NCBI RefSeq assembly: GCF_000195755.1
Contig: NC_002937.3
Location: 1,470,001-1,502,000, forward strand
Direction of reading: 5' to 3'
DNA from: Nitratidesulfovibrio vulgaris str. Hildenborough
Lineage (GTDB): Bacteria > Desulfobacterota > Desulfovibrionia > Desulfovibrionales > Desulfovibrionaceae
DNA: 32,000 nucleotides
Below, one piece after another: positions 31,801 to 32,000 of this stretch (the first letter of the stretch is position 1; each line of letters starts with the position of its first letter). The position numbers were made by a program, and so were the translations under genes. The notes below the pieces were generated by a model. The model was not told where the DNA came from, made no database searches, and saw nothing but the letters and a program-made list of their open reading frames with translations.

Positions 31801-32000
31801 TCAGGAACTAGCATCAGCGTCAGCGAAGATAGACGCCACGATATCCACAGCATCTTTCTGGATGCGTTGCAGATGTTCGGGGCTCACGAAGCTTTCTGTA
31901 TATATTTTGTACATGTCTTCCGTGCCGGAAGGCCGCGCGGCGAACCAGCCGTCATCGGTCACGACCTTGAGGCCGCCGATGGCTGCACCGTTGCCGGGGG
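31801..32000 (-). CDS. pgm: Phosphoglucomutase (alpha-D-glucose phosphate-specific), C-terminal fragment
   Basis: Reverse translation from the window edge gives ...[65 protein letters not shown], with the stop (TGA) at 31801-31803. [19 protein letters not shown] is the conserved Pgm C-terminal domain motif. This ORF is not in the supplied track because its start lies outside the window. Confidence 0.8.
   Translation of the reverse strand, partial: PGNGAAIGGLKVVTDDGWFAARPSGTEDMYKIYTESFVSPEHLQRIQKDAVDIVASIFADADASS

Noticed and set aside
1-32000. Search for mobile elements, prophage genes, defence systems, toxin-antitoxin pairs, tRNA or rRNA genes, and sharp compositional islands
   Set aside because: No transposase, integrase or recombinase motifs, no terminal inverted repeats, and no tRNA-like T-arm. 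The GGTTCGCTCC at ~11493 lacks a pairing stem. GC content is uniformly high apart from short promoter and terminator regions. The window looks like core chromosome.

Overview
GC-rich, densely coding chromosomal segment. It looks like a sulfate-reducing deltaproteobacterium of the Desulfovibrio type; that is inferred from protein families and codon style, with no database search. I support 27 protein-coding genes on both strands.

Left to right:
- 3' end of a methyl-accepting chemotaxis protein
- a divergent AEC-permease / LysR pair
- a minus-strand overlapping trio: small secreted Pro-rich protein, AmmeMemoRadiSam-type radical SAM enzyme, CobO adenosyltransferase
- purM
- a 491-aa radical SAM protein with an acidic tail
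- two small membrane-anchored coiled-coil proteins
- a CgeB-like glycosyltransferase
- thiC with a long structured leader
- a 2-hydroxyacid dehydrogenase
- an apparent operon: orphan LivK-type binding protein, HAMP-PAS-PAS-GGDEF-EAL protein, 1194-aa AsmA-like protein
- a 446-bp repeat-rich leader
- ZraS/ZraR-like sensor kinase, sigma-54 response regulator and a stand-alone Hpt
- a vWA-OmpA fusion with a secreted partner
- a glycine-cleavage cluster gcvH-gcvPA-gcvPB-lpdA without gcvT
- a CheY-like receiver
- the 3' end of phosphoglucomutase

I found no rRNA, tRNA, CRISPR array, transposase, integrase, phage gene or recognisable defence or toxin-antitoxin module. Nothing here can be called a new system from sequence alone. 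The most unusual loci are:
- the binding-protein / c-di-GMP enzyme / AsmA operon
- the TGCA-core inverted-repeat array upstream of the sigma-54 two-component system
- the twin coiled-coil proteins, one with a T2SSE_N/MshEN-like domain, beside the atypical radical SAM enzyme
- the partnerless AmmeMemoRadiSam enzyme overlapping cobO

The many long ORFs antisense to real genes are GC-driven shadow ORFs.
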